Of a DNA stretch of 64,000 bases, positions 29,909 through 51,147 are shown in pieces. Position 1 is the stretch's first letter. Each line of letters opens with the position of its first letter. This DNA is from Chrysomallon squamiferum (Eukaryota; Animalia; Mollusca). A program made the translations under genes and the position numbers. The stretch spans positions 15,004,001-15,068,000 of the forward strand of contig CM022673.1 in the NCBI GenBank assembly GCA_012295275.1, read 5' to 3'. The notes below the pieces were generated by a model, which was not told where the DNA came from, searched no databases, and saw nothing but the letters and a program-made list of their open reading frames with translations.

Positions 29909-30681
29909 CAAAACACGTAAATTTAACAGTTACAGATAATGAAACGTTGTATATACAGTGTCTGCCCAGCAAATTTTGTGTCCCTCCCTTAGATAATTTT
30001 ACAATAAAATCAGTTTAAAAATAACAGTCAAGTTTAATAGAAGGTGTTTAATGGCCCCTTAGGACACGTGGGATACTTGCTTTCAAACTAGATGACCATT
30101 TTACCATTTATTTTAGCGATGACACAGATGAAAACATTTAGCCTATGATAACATATTACTTATTTGTCGCTTTCCGTTACCTCCTGTGTAAAATCGATAT
30201 GCTTTAATCCGTAGAGTGTTAACTGCGGTATTTAGTTACATCAATTAATACAAGAAGATGAGATTAACCAGCCTACAGCACAACAATTGTTAAAAGAACA
30301 TTATTGTAATTGAACTGTAACAGGCTAGTAAGATAAATCAGCGAACCCAGTCAAGGAACCTATCAACGACTTTTAATGCTCCAGGCTAACATTCTAATTA
30401 ATGACAATAAAAAGGTAACAACAGACAAGTAATATTTAGACTGTAATTAGCTATTTCTTTCTTAACTGAAGTCCGTCTCTCAGTGTGTGTGTGTGGAAAC
30501 ATGGATTCACAGTCATACAGAGAGAGATGAATGTACAGATGGAGGATGAATTGATGGATGGATGGATGGATGGATGGATGGATGGATATGCAGAGAGAAA
30601 CTGATAAACGGACAGACTGACATACATGCAAAGATAGATGCAAAAATAGAAAGAACGATATAAAGATAGAAATACAGACTG

Positions 30682-30756
<75 letters not shown>

Positions 30757-31487
30757 TAACCAGAGAGATAAAATAGAGACAGATAGATAAACAAAGATAA
30801 TTATAGAATGGGTTTTGATTTCATTTTGAAAATTACATCTATCACAATTATGACATTTATATGAGATTCTGCATTCATCCTTAAACGACTCTATCTTTTG
30901 AAATGTAGAATCGATGATTTATGTGTCCCTAAAACGTGTTTGATTCTTGTCATTTCCAGAGGTAAATACTGAAAATACTAAGTGCAGAAGCAACACTGAA
31001 CGAACGCGTTACATTGAATTTCTGACTGCTAAATGGCTTTTTATTGGTACAAAACCTGTAATGGTGGCCTAGCTTTTAGATATGAGTGCTGAAACAATAT
31101 TTAAAAAAATTAAAGATGGTAAATAGAACCTAAAAATCAATGTGGATAGCGAAATAAAAATGGGAGAAAATAAATGATATAGTTGTTGTACACGGAGCTA
31201 CACAGCGAAAGTCTTTAACTCGAAAATTAGAAGAAAAAAAAAAAAAAAAAAGAAAGAAAGAAAAAGTGAAAAAGAAATAAAGCGGGAAAAAGAAAAAAGC
31301 CAAAAGAAAAGAAAAGAAAGAAGAAGAAGGAGAAGAAGAAATTTCATAGGTATGTCTATATTGTGCAGTTTTGTGGATTACTGTTACTTATAAAATGCTG
31401 GCACTTTAAAAATAATATTTGGAATATTACGAAACCGGAACTTTTATAAAAATGAAATATTTTGAAATATTATTTACGAAGCATTAG

Positions 31488-31524
<37 letters not shown>

Positions 31525-32269
31525 AAAAAAGAAAGAAAAAAAAAAGAAGAAACATAAGACAGTTTGGTATACATGTTTGTGAACATTAAGAGAAGAAAGA
31601 TTACTACATAATTTGTTTCCCCTGTCCTTTGTACAGCTGCATTGCTTATAAAACATTGGAACTTCTGAAAAGAAAGTAATATAGGTGGATTTCTTTGGGG
31701 ATATTGTATAATTCAAAATCCCAACAACAACAAAAACAAAAGCAAACAAACAAAATAATAATAATAAAATAATAAATAAGTAAATAAATAAATAAAAAAT
31801 ATTCATAGAGTTTTAGGGAGAGTGGTTCTTTTTGATTTACAAAACACGTGAACTTTAAACAGTAGACCTACTGATATATATTCCATCTTGTTTTATTTAT
31901 TTAGTTTTAATATTAGTTTTAAGTGACCACATGTATATGTTATTCTGAACACGATAAATTTTAAAATTTTGGATTGCTATTTTTTTGTAGAGGCTATACT
32001 CTATATATCTGTCTGTCTATCTTTCTATCTATCTATATATGAATATAGTATGTGTATGTGTATGTATACACACACATACATATGCATATTTATAACTATA
32101 TGCACTTTTCTCGCTTTTAGATTGACAAGAAGAGAAAAATAACGTCACAGTAGAGACGGAAGGGGCAGTTACTAAGAAAGAGAAAGAAAGTGGTAATTAT
32201 ACACAAAGTCACACACAGAAAGAAAGTTTGAGAGTGAAGAACAAGATCAAAAAAGGGTGCGAGACTGCC

Positions 32270-32371
<102 letters not shown>

Positions 32372-32469
32372 GATACACAAAGAGAGACAGACAAACAAAA
32401 AAGAGACAGTCAGATAAATTAAGAGACAGATACGACAACAGACAGACAGATAATAAACACTAACTCAGG

Positions 32470-32599
32470 ATGAAAAAAGCTTCAGTGGCTGATGTATGGG
32501 GGACGTTTTTGGAACAAACTAGTTTACATGGATGTCGAAACATAAAATGCAGTCAACGACAAGTTAGATTTCAACAAAAGCAACAGCTACAAAATTAAC

Positions 32600-32641
<42 letters not shown>

Positions 32642-34829
32642 GATTCTGATGATGATATGAAGAGTATCAATAACAACAAAATTAATTAAAACATAATTCT
32701 GTGCCGACTAACTTCTCTCTCTCGCGTTCTCTTACATTTTATCTGATATCGTTTCATTGTCGTTCTATAATAAATTTATCTATTAAATTATTTTTCTTAT
32801 TTATTTACTTATTGCTGTCTGTCCGTACATTTGTCAATAGCTCAGTCGTCCATTTATTTCAACTTTCAGCTGTTTGTGGACCATCATTCTGTTGGTGATG
32901 GCAGCAATGCTAATGAACATGCTAATAGATTTGTACGCCTTGTACCGAAGTTACCCATTCAGAACGAAGACAAGCATCATACGAGAAAGAGAGCTTGACT
33001 TCCCCGCCATCACTGTGTGCAATTTCAATAACAAATACACGAGCAGGACGAGACTTTCCAAAGAGTGGCAGCGATATCACTGGATCCAGGAATCGTACGG
33101 AATTTTTACTTCTCTGAAAATGGACAAACCCAACGTTTCTTCAACATTACAAGAGTCTATAGATGAGACTGGTGCGACTGAGGTCGAGAAGTTTATTCTG
33201 CAGGCGAAATTGGGTAGCAATGTTTTGAATGTTTCGAAAGAGTTTAAACGTCTTCTGGGCTGCTTCTCGTTCAACACGGACATCTATAACACCTTTCGGG
33301 TTACACGAGCACAAGAACTCCAACTCATTCTGGACATACAGCAAGATGAATACATCATACAGAAAGCGGAAGGAGCGATGGTAAGAAAACGATAACATAT
33401 TATGACTACGTATGAGTTAGATTCAGTTTTTATGAATCGTTTTCCGCTAACAACCCCAAAATCGTTAAAATATATCCGACAGACATATCGCCATTGTTAG
33501 CTCGAAACCAGTGACGTAAAACTCAAGTCGAAATTTTCTGAACTTCATTTATTTGTTTGTTTGTTTATTTATTTATTTATTACAGATCATAGTTCACAGA
33601 AATGACGAAATGCCGGATATGTCAATATCGACAGTGTCAATGAAAGCTGGAACATATTCAAAAATTAAATTAACTCGAACTTCGGCAAGTTTTTATTATT
33701 TTATTTTATTTTTAATATTCGTTATCATTTATTTACTTACTTTTATATAAAGCAGTGTCTGTAATTAATACAACCAATCACTTTCAAATGTTTATGTAAT
33801 TTTATTTATTTAGAGAGTAACACTATTTGAAAACACTGGCCTCTGTTTAAAAATTAAGATTGTTTTCGTTTGTTTCTTTGTTTATTTTTTGATAGTTTCC
33901 AATTGGTTGACAATTAAATAGTCAGTAAACAAAAGCAAAGAGAGACAGACAAACAGACAGACAGAGTAACTGACAATCGGATTACGAATAAAAATAAATA
34001 AATAAATAAAACCCCTAGAAAACCCAATGATTTATAATGCAATGCAGTACATAATTAAATCAAATATCTACTTCAGTACAAGTTTCTTCCTCTGCCATAC
34101 AAATCTTTTGGAGACGGAACCTGCTTTGACGTTTTTCCTCCTGACTACACAGGTAACCTTAAGTACCACAACAAATACACGTACTTCAACTGCATGCTTG
34201 AGTGCTATGCGATCCCTGCGAACGAAAGATGTGGATGCCGGCTTGAAGACTATATCGGTAAGACAACATTAGAACAATAATAATAATAAAATATCTCTTC
34301 AACGGTACCTTATAGAGAAAACACAATAAAAAGTCGTATTTTAAAAAAACAGTTTTGTATATATATATTATGTCATTCAAAAGTCCCGCTACACTTTTAA
34401 ATTTTAATTAAATGAAAAAGGCTTTACGGATTTGTACAAAATTAGTCGTGAACTTTCCATAGACTGCTAGAATTTGTCCCGTAACGAAAAAATGCCTCTT
34501 CTTCAGTTTTCTTAGGCTCCATAGACTTAAACGTAAGCGCCTTCTTTTTCGAGACACATTGCCCACGTGGCGCCCACTCCAGAGGTCTTCGATGACCTTA
34601 CCCATCTATCAGGGAACTTGTCATTCAAGAAATCGCGAACTGCTTTAGCATAATGTGGAAGAGCACCATCTTGTTGAAAAAAAAACCCAAAACAATCGCA
34701 TTATGCTAAAGCAGTTCGTGATTTCTAGCAGTCTATGGAAAGTTCACGACTAATTTTGTTCAAATCCGTAAAGCCATTTTCATTTAATTAAAACTTAAAA
34801 GTGTAGCGGGACTTTTGAATGACCGTGTA

Positions 34830-34876
<47 letters not shown>

Positions 34877-35124
34877 TAACTGTCAATGTTTTGACTCAGA
34901 TCTTGCACGGATAATTTAAAAAAAGTAATTGTTGTTAAATTCGATTGATATATAATTGTTGAGGGTATTAATACAGTTCGGTCACTGAAAAAAGAAATGA
35001 TTCTTAAATCTTAACTGCAAAAAACAATTTATTTTCAGTAACATCGGGCATCAGAATTTGCGACATGTCTGAACTGTTGAGTTGTTACTGGCCTGAGATA
35101 GGTAAGAGCCACCATCTGTTCTTA

Positions 35125-35171
<47 letters not shown>

Positions 35172-37624
35172 GTGTGTGTTTGTTTGTACGTCTGTGTGCA
35201 TTTGCATATGTATGTTTGTATGTACGTATCTTTATGTATGTAGAAATATTTGTAAATATAAATATTTTACAGGCATAGAAATAAGTCGAGAACGCTCATT
35301 CAGTTTATCGGGAGGGTACCACCTATCAATAAATCCTTCAACGAACGGCTAATTTCCTTTCCGAAACTTTCAGCAAAAACATCGTGGCGATTGATTCCGG
35401 AATTCCGTTTGTTTTCTTTTTCTCGTATGTATGTCCACCAAAGTTACCGCCCACCGATTTTGTATGCTTCCACTTTATAGAAGCATCCACGGTGTGACGT
35501 CACATGTTTAGTAACGGTCGGTCCACAGCGTCACGTCACTTAGTGTGCAACGGTATTGAATTTAAAGGAGCGTTACCGGGCAGCAGTTTAATTAAAATGG
35601 AATCCATTCACGTGGAAACGTTTAAAAAGGGTATTTTTCCAATGACTTTTGGTTCGAAGTAAATAAAAACAAAACAATATCAAAACTACAAGGCAAAATT
35701 TGTACTGAAAACATAATGGCAACAAGAAAAGAAACCAAGTTAAGACGTATAACTGGTAAGTCGCTTGACGGATTACTTGCCTATATCGATGACGTCACAG
35801 GCTACATATACAAATCAAATGTGCAAAGGCACGTGGAAACAGGTAGCCTTCACGACTGGGCAAAAAATAAATTTTCTCAAAATAGTTCACACTCTCAAAC
35901 AATTTCAACTTCTGATAGTGTGAAAGTAAATCGTAACGTTACACGTTCTAATTTCAATGGAAAATTATTTGAAAAAACCACCAAAGAACAATATAAGAAT
36001 CATTGCAATACAGCATTGTGGTTGGTTATGCAGGAGAGACCTTTATCTGACTACAGTCACTGATTGCCTTACAGAAAAAGAATGGGATGCAGTTTATAAG
36101 TTTATATACGGACTTTGTTCACTATATTGCCCAAGCAATGAGAGATGATATCAAACAGATGATACAATGTACCAACTTTAGGTGAGTTGAATAAGATGGC
36201 ACAGAAGCTTGCAAAACTAGAAAAGAAAAAGAATTAATTTACGTGAAGACTGTAGTGAGGGGCCAGCCTGTTGAACTATTACTTAAATGTCAAAAATGAG
36301 CAATTTTGGTGGAGTAACTGCAGACAGTATCAAACATGCTATAGATGAAGCTTTCCATGATTATGATATTCCTGGTGAAAAGTTGCAAAAAATGTCTTAT
36401 TTGTGCTTGTGCAGATGGAGCAAACGTTAATGTTGGTAAACTGAATGGTGCTCTTACTGTAATGAAATTTGAAGGCAATTTCCAAACCAGATCAAAAGGT
36501 TTGACTAAAGAGGTACCTGAACACATGGCTGAGTTATGGATATCTGGCATCTATGCATCTCTGCAGACTCACTCAGAAACAAACTGCCCATTTATCATAT
36601 GCTGCTCAGAATGCAACTCCATTAGTCACAGATGTTATTGACACAATAAAATTACCTATAGATGAACTCAATACACTTGCTGCTGATGATAGTGATCTGC
36701 CATTTCCAGTTATACTCAGCAAATTTAGTCATGAGGCAACCATTACAGCAGAGGCTACGAACCTTACAGCAAGGTAAGATTCAAACAAGACAATCAGTTG
36801 AGTAACAAGCAACAACAAGCTGAAAAAGTTGTTACTACAATAAAAGAAAAGTTTGTTCTGAACCATGTTCATCAGGGATGAGAGACTATGAAACACATAA
36901 GAACAAAACTGATGCCAGCAATTTCAACACAGCTGATTAAATGACTGGATTCTTTCAATGACCCCATCTATCTTCAAGGCAGTGAATATAGCTGATCACT
37001 CAGTGGGATATATCTGATCCAAAATATGGCTTGGAACAAATTAAACTGTTATCTAAACATTTTGCTGAAAGCCTAACTTACCACAACTTTGCCCTAGATA
37101 TGGCTGTTGCTGAAGGGAAGGGTTTAAAGAAACTTGGGGCAAACAAATTCATTCACTTCCAAAGTAAACAAGGCATGTAGAGTCAAATATTCAGACATCA
37201 TCACTCTGAATATCCACATATTCTTTTTATCATTGAAATCATCTTGGTGGTTGCACTTGCTAGTGCAGGTGTTGAGAGGAGCAAAAGTGCTCTCAATCAG
37301 CAGTTGACAAATACGAGGCTGAACATGTCCAATTCTACACTGGATGATTTTCTGGTGATTATAGTTAACCTGCCTGCACTTATGAGCTGTGACCCTTCAT
37401 ATGAACAAAACCTTACAGACAAAACTGTTTCCCTGTATGCAGATGATAAAAAACGAAGAAAAAGACAAGCATTTGTACAATAGACAACCTGACTGTAGAC
37501 TCATTGTTAGACTCACAAGACACATACTTACCTGTGCCCTCTTCAGATGTAATAAAAAAAAAAAAACCTGCAATGAACTAATGTGTGTAGAGGACTTTCT
37601 TGCTATACTACAAGATCAGATTGT

Positions 37625-37661
<37 letters not shown>

Positions 37662-38409
37662 TGCCTCACAGTTTGAGAGAATAGTATGTTTAGACAGGAT
37701 GAAAGAAAACAAAAGTCATAATTATTAAAACCGTTTAGTACTTTTTCAGAGCACATGATGAGAACTGTAAAATGTAACTGCCCACAAACATGTTCCCAGA
37801 TCCAGTATTCACTGCAGTCCTCAACAGCTCGCTTCCCATCTGAACAATTCACCAAATTTCTTGTTGATGAAAAGATGATTAAGTCTGAAGAATATGCCAG
37901 GTAAGAAAGAAAGAAAAAAGATATATGTCACCAGTTTTTTCATCGATAAAAGATTTTTAATATGAGGAATATGCCAGGTTAAACACAGTGAAACAAGTAA
38001 TAATTCATAAATTTTGTCATTGATGAAAGATTATTAAGTCTGAAGAATGCCAGGTAAAACAGAAAGAAACAAGTAATACGTCATCAATTTTCTCATTGAT
38101 GGAAGATTATTTCAATACGAAGAATATGCCTGGTAAGAAAGAAAAGAAAAAAAACCAAGAAATGTGTCATAAAATGTCATGGATTAAAAATTAATTAAAT
38201 AATCTGATTTAGTGATTGCGTTTGATAAAATAATCTTTTAGGATTTACTATTATTTTCAGAAAAAGTCTGATAATGGTCTCTATCGGCTATGAAAGAATG
38301 ATCACCCAGCATGTTGAACACGTACCAGAAATGTCTTGGGGAGATATATTTGGCAAGTTTTTACTGATGTTCGTTTGTTGTTTATTTTAATTAATTAATT
38401 AGTTTTTTA

Positions 38410-38469
<60 letters not shown>

Positions 38470-38657
38470 TGTTGTTGATGTTATTGTTGTTATTATTATT
38501 TTCAGGAAAGCTGGGTGGACAGATGGGATTCTTTCTTGGGGCCAGTCTCCTGACTCTTACTGAACTGTTGGAAGCTCTGATCACGACACTGAAGATTGTA
38601 GGTTTGCATCTCTATGATTCTTACAAAAACAGAGTCAAACTTGAAGTTTCTAAATAA
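32470..38657 (+). CDS. DEG/ENaC-family (ASIC/FaNaC-like) sodium channel subunit, about 456 aa, 8 coding exons
   Basis: Exons 32470-32562, 32841-33380, 33586-33684, 34077-34257, 35039-35101, 37750-37900, 38261-38352 and 38506-38657 join in phase (1371 nt). Motifs: TSLHG, TM1, FPAITVCN, CFSFN, Cys-rich thumb (CMLEC...CGC...C...CNCPQTC), and TM2 GGQMGFFLGAS. The exon 1/2 junction is the least certain. Confidence 0.92.
34372..34827 (-). mobile_element. Internally deleted Tc1/mariner DNA transposon (MITE-like) with ~100-bp terminal inverted repeats
   Basis: 34372-34472 is the near-perfect reverse complement of 34723-34823, with TA-rich flanks. Minus strand 34680-34565 encodes FQQDGALPHYAKAVRDFLNDKFPDRWV, then after a frameshift PLEWAPR; this is the second-Asp region of IS630-Tc1-mariner transposases. 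Confidence 0.9.
35270..37620 (+). mobile_element. Decayed hAT DNA transposon (ZNF862-like transposase pseudogene), copy 1, in intron 5 of the channel gene
   Basis: Terminus CAGGCATAGAAATAAG at 35270. Broken ORF from 35598 (MESIHVETFKK..., zinc-finger-like KIC...RHVETGSLH), a DGT...KEKELIY segment, CADGANVNVG, and C-terminal ASAGVERSKS (hAT dimerisation SAxxERxFS-like). Many stops and frameshifts; the 3' end is lost at (TG)n. Confidence 0.85.
37852..38170 (+). repeat. ~77-bp tandem repeat (4 copies) made of the exon-6 3' end plus its splice donor
   Basis: GAT.AAAGAT..TTAAGTCTGAAGAATATGCCAG|GT recurs, with GT at 37901, 37978, 38054 and 38133. Confidence 0.9.
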
Positions 38658-39277
38658 CATAGGCAGAAGCGACTGAACCTGAGACTTACAGAAAGCAACT
38701 GGAGTACATTTGTTTTTCTTACAGTGTAGCATATCAATAACAGTAGCAGATTTGTAGAAATGTGTTCATTTTTGTATAAATGTTATAAAGGTTTTGTGAA
38801 ACTCATTAATATATCTGGTGATTTCTTGGTCCTTTATTGTAAATTTCTTGAACTGTTACAAAAATTTTCTGACATCAAATTTTCTTGTAATCTTCAAAAA
38901 TTCATTCCAAATATTTTAATCTCTTTCAGTTACAAATGTTTAACGAGGAAAATCACAATGTGCATCATAAGAGCTTCTGCCTTTTTAATAAATTATCAGT
39001 TTGCTGCTGTTTTATCTACATAAAGATCTTACTGAGTTAGCAAGACTTTTGAGGTTTGCTCTTAAGCCAAGTCTTTGAAAAATTAATTTGTTGAAATTGA
39101 TGGAAATTGTCAGAACAGAAGTCATAAATAATTTTCAGACTATTCATGCAAAAACACATCTTTTAAAAACTGATTGCAAGCATCCAAAATACTGACACAT
39201 CCGGTTTATTGATAAGACTATCCTAATAACAATAGTAATAATAAGAAGTAAATAGTAAAATAAAAGACTGAAATAAT

Positions 39278-39313
<36 letters not shown>

Positions 39314-40564
39314 AAAAGAAAAAAATCAATAATCAACCAAATAATATAATATTAAAAAAAAAAAAAAAAAAAAAAAAATATCTGCTGCCCTGAAAAACAA
39401 AACAAACAAACAAAATGTTATTCTTTTTGTGTTTTAGTTTCAAGTAAATGCAGCCAAATGATTATAACACGTTTGTGAACAACTAGATTTGATTACATTT
39501 AAAACAATATATATCATTTAATAATGTATGTACATATTAAGGTCCAACATAATAAACACATATTTAACAGGAATGATAATTTTTTTAATGTTTTTACCTG
39601 ACAATGAAATATATTAAAATTAAGTTTGTGACGTGTTCACTTAAGAAAAATAAAAAAAAAAAAAAAAAAAAAATAAATAAAATATATATATATATATATA
39701 TATAGTCATAATATAGTTTTTATTTTTGTGAAATGTTTATTACTAATAACACAGTGAGAAATATAAATAATTCTTACTATAACTGCATGGTTATGGTTTT
39801 GTTGTCAGTTTTGCCCAGGTTTTATATCTATATCTATATATCTATATATATTATCTTCTCATAAAAACATGCCCCAAATAACCCTCTCCAGTCTGGTTTT
39901 CTGCTTTCTACAACACGTTACACAATGATGAAGATTTTCCCCACAAAATTCAAGCTTGAACATTTTTCTGATGGAAGCTTGACAATTTCATCACATTTTT
40001 ATGTTTACAAGCAGTGGTTCCACATTAACAAATAGGTTGAATTTTTAAAATATCTACAGCAGTGTGTCCACACATTCTGAATTCTTGGTTATATCAGCAT
40101 TTGAATCAGAAACAAAGGAAAGAACTTGGACATGGATTGAAGTCACAGTGAAGGTTATCTAGTATTTGTAACCCTTTGTGCAAAAAGGTGTATAAACTGG
40201 AGTATCAGAATCTATATTATATATATATGCTTATTTATTTGTTTATTTAATATATTTATTAATAACAATATTATTATCCAAGTTTGATAATATTCATCAT
40301 TTAAACAATTTTAATCATTCTTCTATAATAAATTACTTAAAGTGACACATTTTTTTTAACAAGTTTTAATACATCTAAATATATTATCACCTCTTAGTTA
40401 AATGGATTATTATTGTCTGAACCAATTTTAAACTCATTAATGGAATACTGTTTACTGGTTAAAGGAATGCTATATACTTTGTGAGGAATATTATCCATTG
40501 TTAAATTATCCCATCTTGAATTATGATTAAAGCTTGTCAAACTCATATTAATGCATTATCAAGT

Positions 40565-40885
40565 ATTCAAAAGATTGTCATTCATTGTTAACAGATTCGT
40601 ATCCACTGTTTAAAATATTGTTATATACTGTTCAAAGATTGTTATGTAGTCTTTAACAATTTGTTTTCTGTTATTTAAGAAAGTTAGCCATGGTTCAAAG
40701 TATTGTTATCTATTGTTCAGGCATTGTTATATACTGTATAACAATTTGTTTTCTGTTATTTAAAAACCGTTAGCCATTGTCTAAGGATTGTTAACCACTG
40801 TTTAAAATATTGTTATCTATTGTTCAAGGATTGTTATATAGTATAACAATTTGTTTTCTGTTATTTAAGAACTGTTAGCTATTAT

Positions 40886-40912
<27 letters not shown>
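40565..40912. repeat. Higher-order tandem repeat (~20-bp subunits in ~85-105-bp units) overlapping the CCDC148 stop codon
   Basis: AACAATTTGTTTTCTGTTATTTAA occurs at about 40655, 40740 and 40845, with many ATTGTTAT..A.TGTT.AA subunits. The last unit includes the codons FKLDNNP*. Confidence 0.8.
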
Positions 40913-49424
<8,512 letters not shown>

Positions 49425-50171
49425 TTTTTTTTTTTTTTGTTTGACGTTTCTCATATACTTTGTGCATCAAGTTATTCTAAAGGAAGAAGAAACAAAACAG
49501 AACAAAAAATATACAATAATTATATTACAGCATGACAGTGCGTGCGTGTGTGACACTGAGACAGATTTACAGAGATAAACATATCGAAATTAAATACATA
49601 GCTGTATTAAAATAACGATAACAGATCATGTTATACTATTAATAGCAAAATACAATAATATTAAAGATAATTAGCCTTCATTTATCACTAGTTAGTTCAT
49701 ATAAATAAATTTTATTTAACGACCAATTTAATTATGATGCAAAATAAATAAAATATCCACATACATCTTAAAAACTGTAGGTTGCGAAGATAAACAAGTT
49801 TCAGCCTCCATTGTGTTCCTTTTTGTCTTTTATATACTTCTCATATCGTTTGCGCACCATTTTCACTGAATTAGTATTTCTTTTCGTGTTTTTCTAATTT
49901 TAAACATTCTGTTTCCATTAAGATGATTAGTAGTTATTAAATTTGTATGTATTTATAATTTTTGTCATCATAACAAATCAATTACAAACACTTTATTCGA
50001 AAAAAAAGAAGAAAGAATACAGGATACTACCGCCTGTCACAAATTTCGAAGCGCAACAATTACAAACTGTGGTTTATGTCGGTAAGGAAGCTATCTATCT
50101 GCATCCAATTATTCATCAGATTTATGTGCATACATATGATTAAAATTAATATCCAGAACTTTTAAACAACG
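49425..50171. promoter_or_regulatory. Probable bidirectional promoter CCDC148/LRRC46
   Basis: Divergent start codons 747 bp apart, local CpG retention, TGCGCA/AGCGCA motifs, and a possible LRRC46 5'UTR donor G|GTAAGG at 50081. Confidence 0.65.
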
Positions 50172-50435
50172 ATGAATAAAGAAGATGAAATAACAAGCAA
50201 AGGTGGTAAACAAATATTTTACTCATAATGAAATCAATAAAGTAGATTGGTTTGCTCATTCTTGTACATACATAAATGCATACAAAATAAAATGATACAT
50301 TAAGGTAATCAAATTAATGACTATAATTCATTTGACATTAAATTTGATTTATTAAAAACAAATATGTCTTTAATACATTTATTTTTATTTAATTTTGAAT
50401 GTAGTAATTTCCGGTTATAAAGCAACATATTACAA

Positions 50436-50466
<31 letters not shown>

Positions 50467-51113
50467 ATAGTTTATTTATTTAATTTCAGTAATATTTTGC
50501 TTAAAATTTTAATTACAGAAAGTAAACCAGTTCGTCTTTCACTTCACTTGATTGTCAAACGTCATCTTCCATCAAATGCAATAAAATGGACACAAGAAGA
50601 AATGTAAGCATTATATAATTATTTTATTTATTTAAAATTTATTTATATATATATATATTTTTTTTTGGCCAGAAATATATTGAATTTGAGAAGAGAGAGA
50701 TTTGTATTCATCAAAAAGATTATTATTTATTTATCTAAATTTAATTTAACTGGGAATTATTCTTCTTCTCATTTTTCTGCAGACTTGATGCCTTGGCAAA
50801 GATTAAAAGACTCAGGTTAGATCGGGAAAATATTGGTTACATTGACAGTCTTGATCTACTTGGAGACAGTGTCACACATATATATCTTCAGCAGGTACAA
50901 TCTCATTATTCCGTAATTCTTTAACTATTTAAGAACTTCATTAATTATGCTTATTAAAGTAGTAAGCATTTAGGATACAGTTATAATTTATCAGAAAGTT
51001 TTCCTTTATTGATATATACATTTTGAATAATAGCTAATTGTTGTTTTACAGTTTCTTAAACCTAAACTTTTTTAATAATAAAACTTACACTCAGTACAAC
51101 AACTGACTGTATG

Positions 51114-51147
<34 letters not shown>

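Noticed and set aside
32870-32874. TTTCAG at 32869 as the exon 2 acceptor, or TTG 32874 as the start codon
   Set aside because: That acceptor needs a phase-2 donor, which is not evident after exon 1. The acceptor at 32840 fits phase 0 and retains the upstream HG-motif exon.
49900-49980. RFX X-box in the CCDC148/LRRC46 promoter
   Set aside because: Only weak half-matches (GTTTCCAT...); not supportable by eye.
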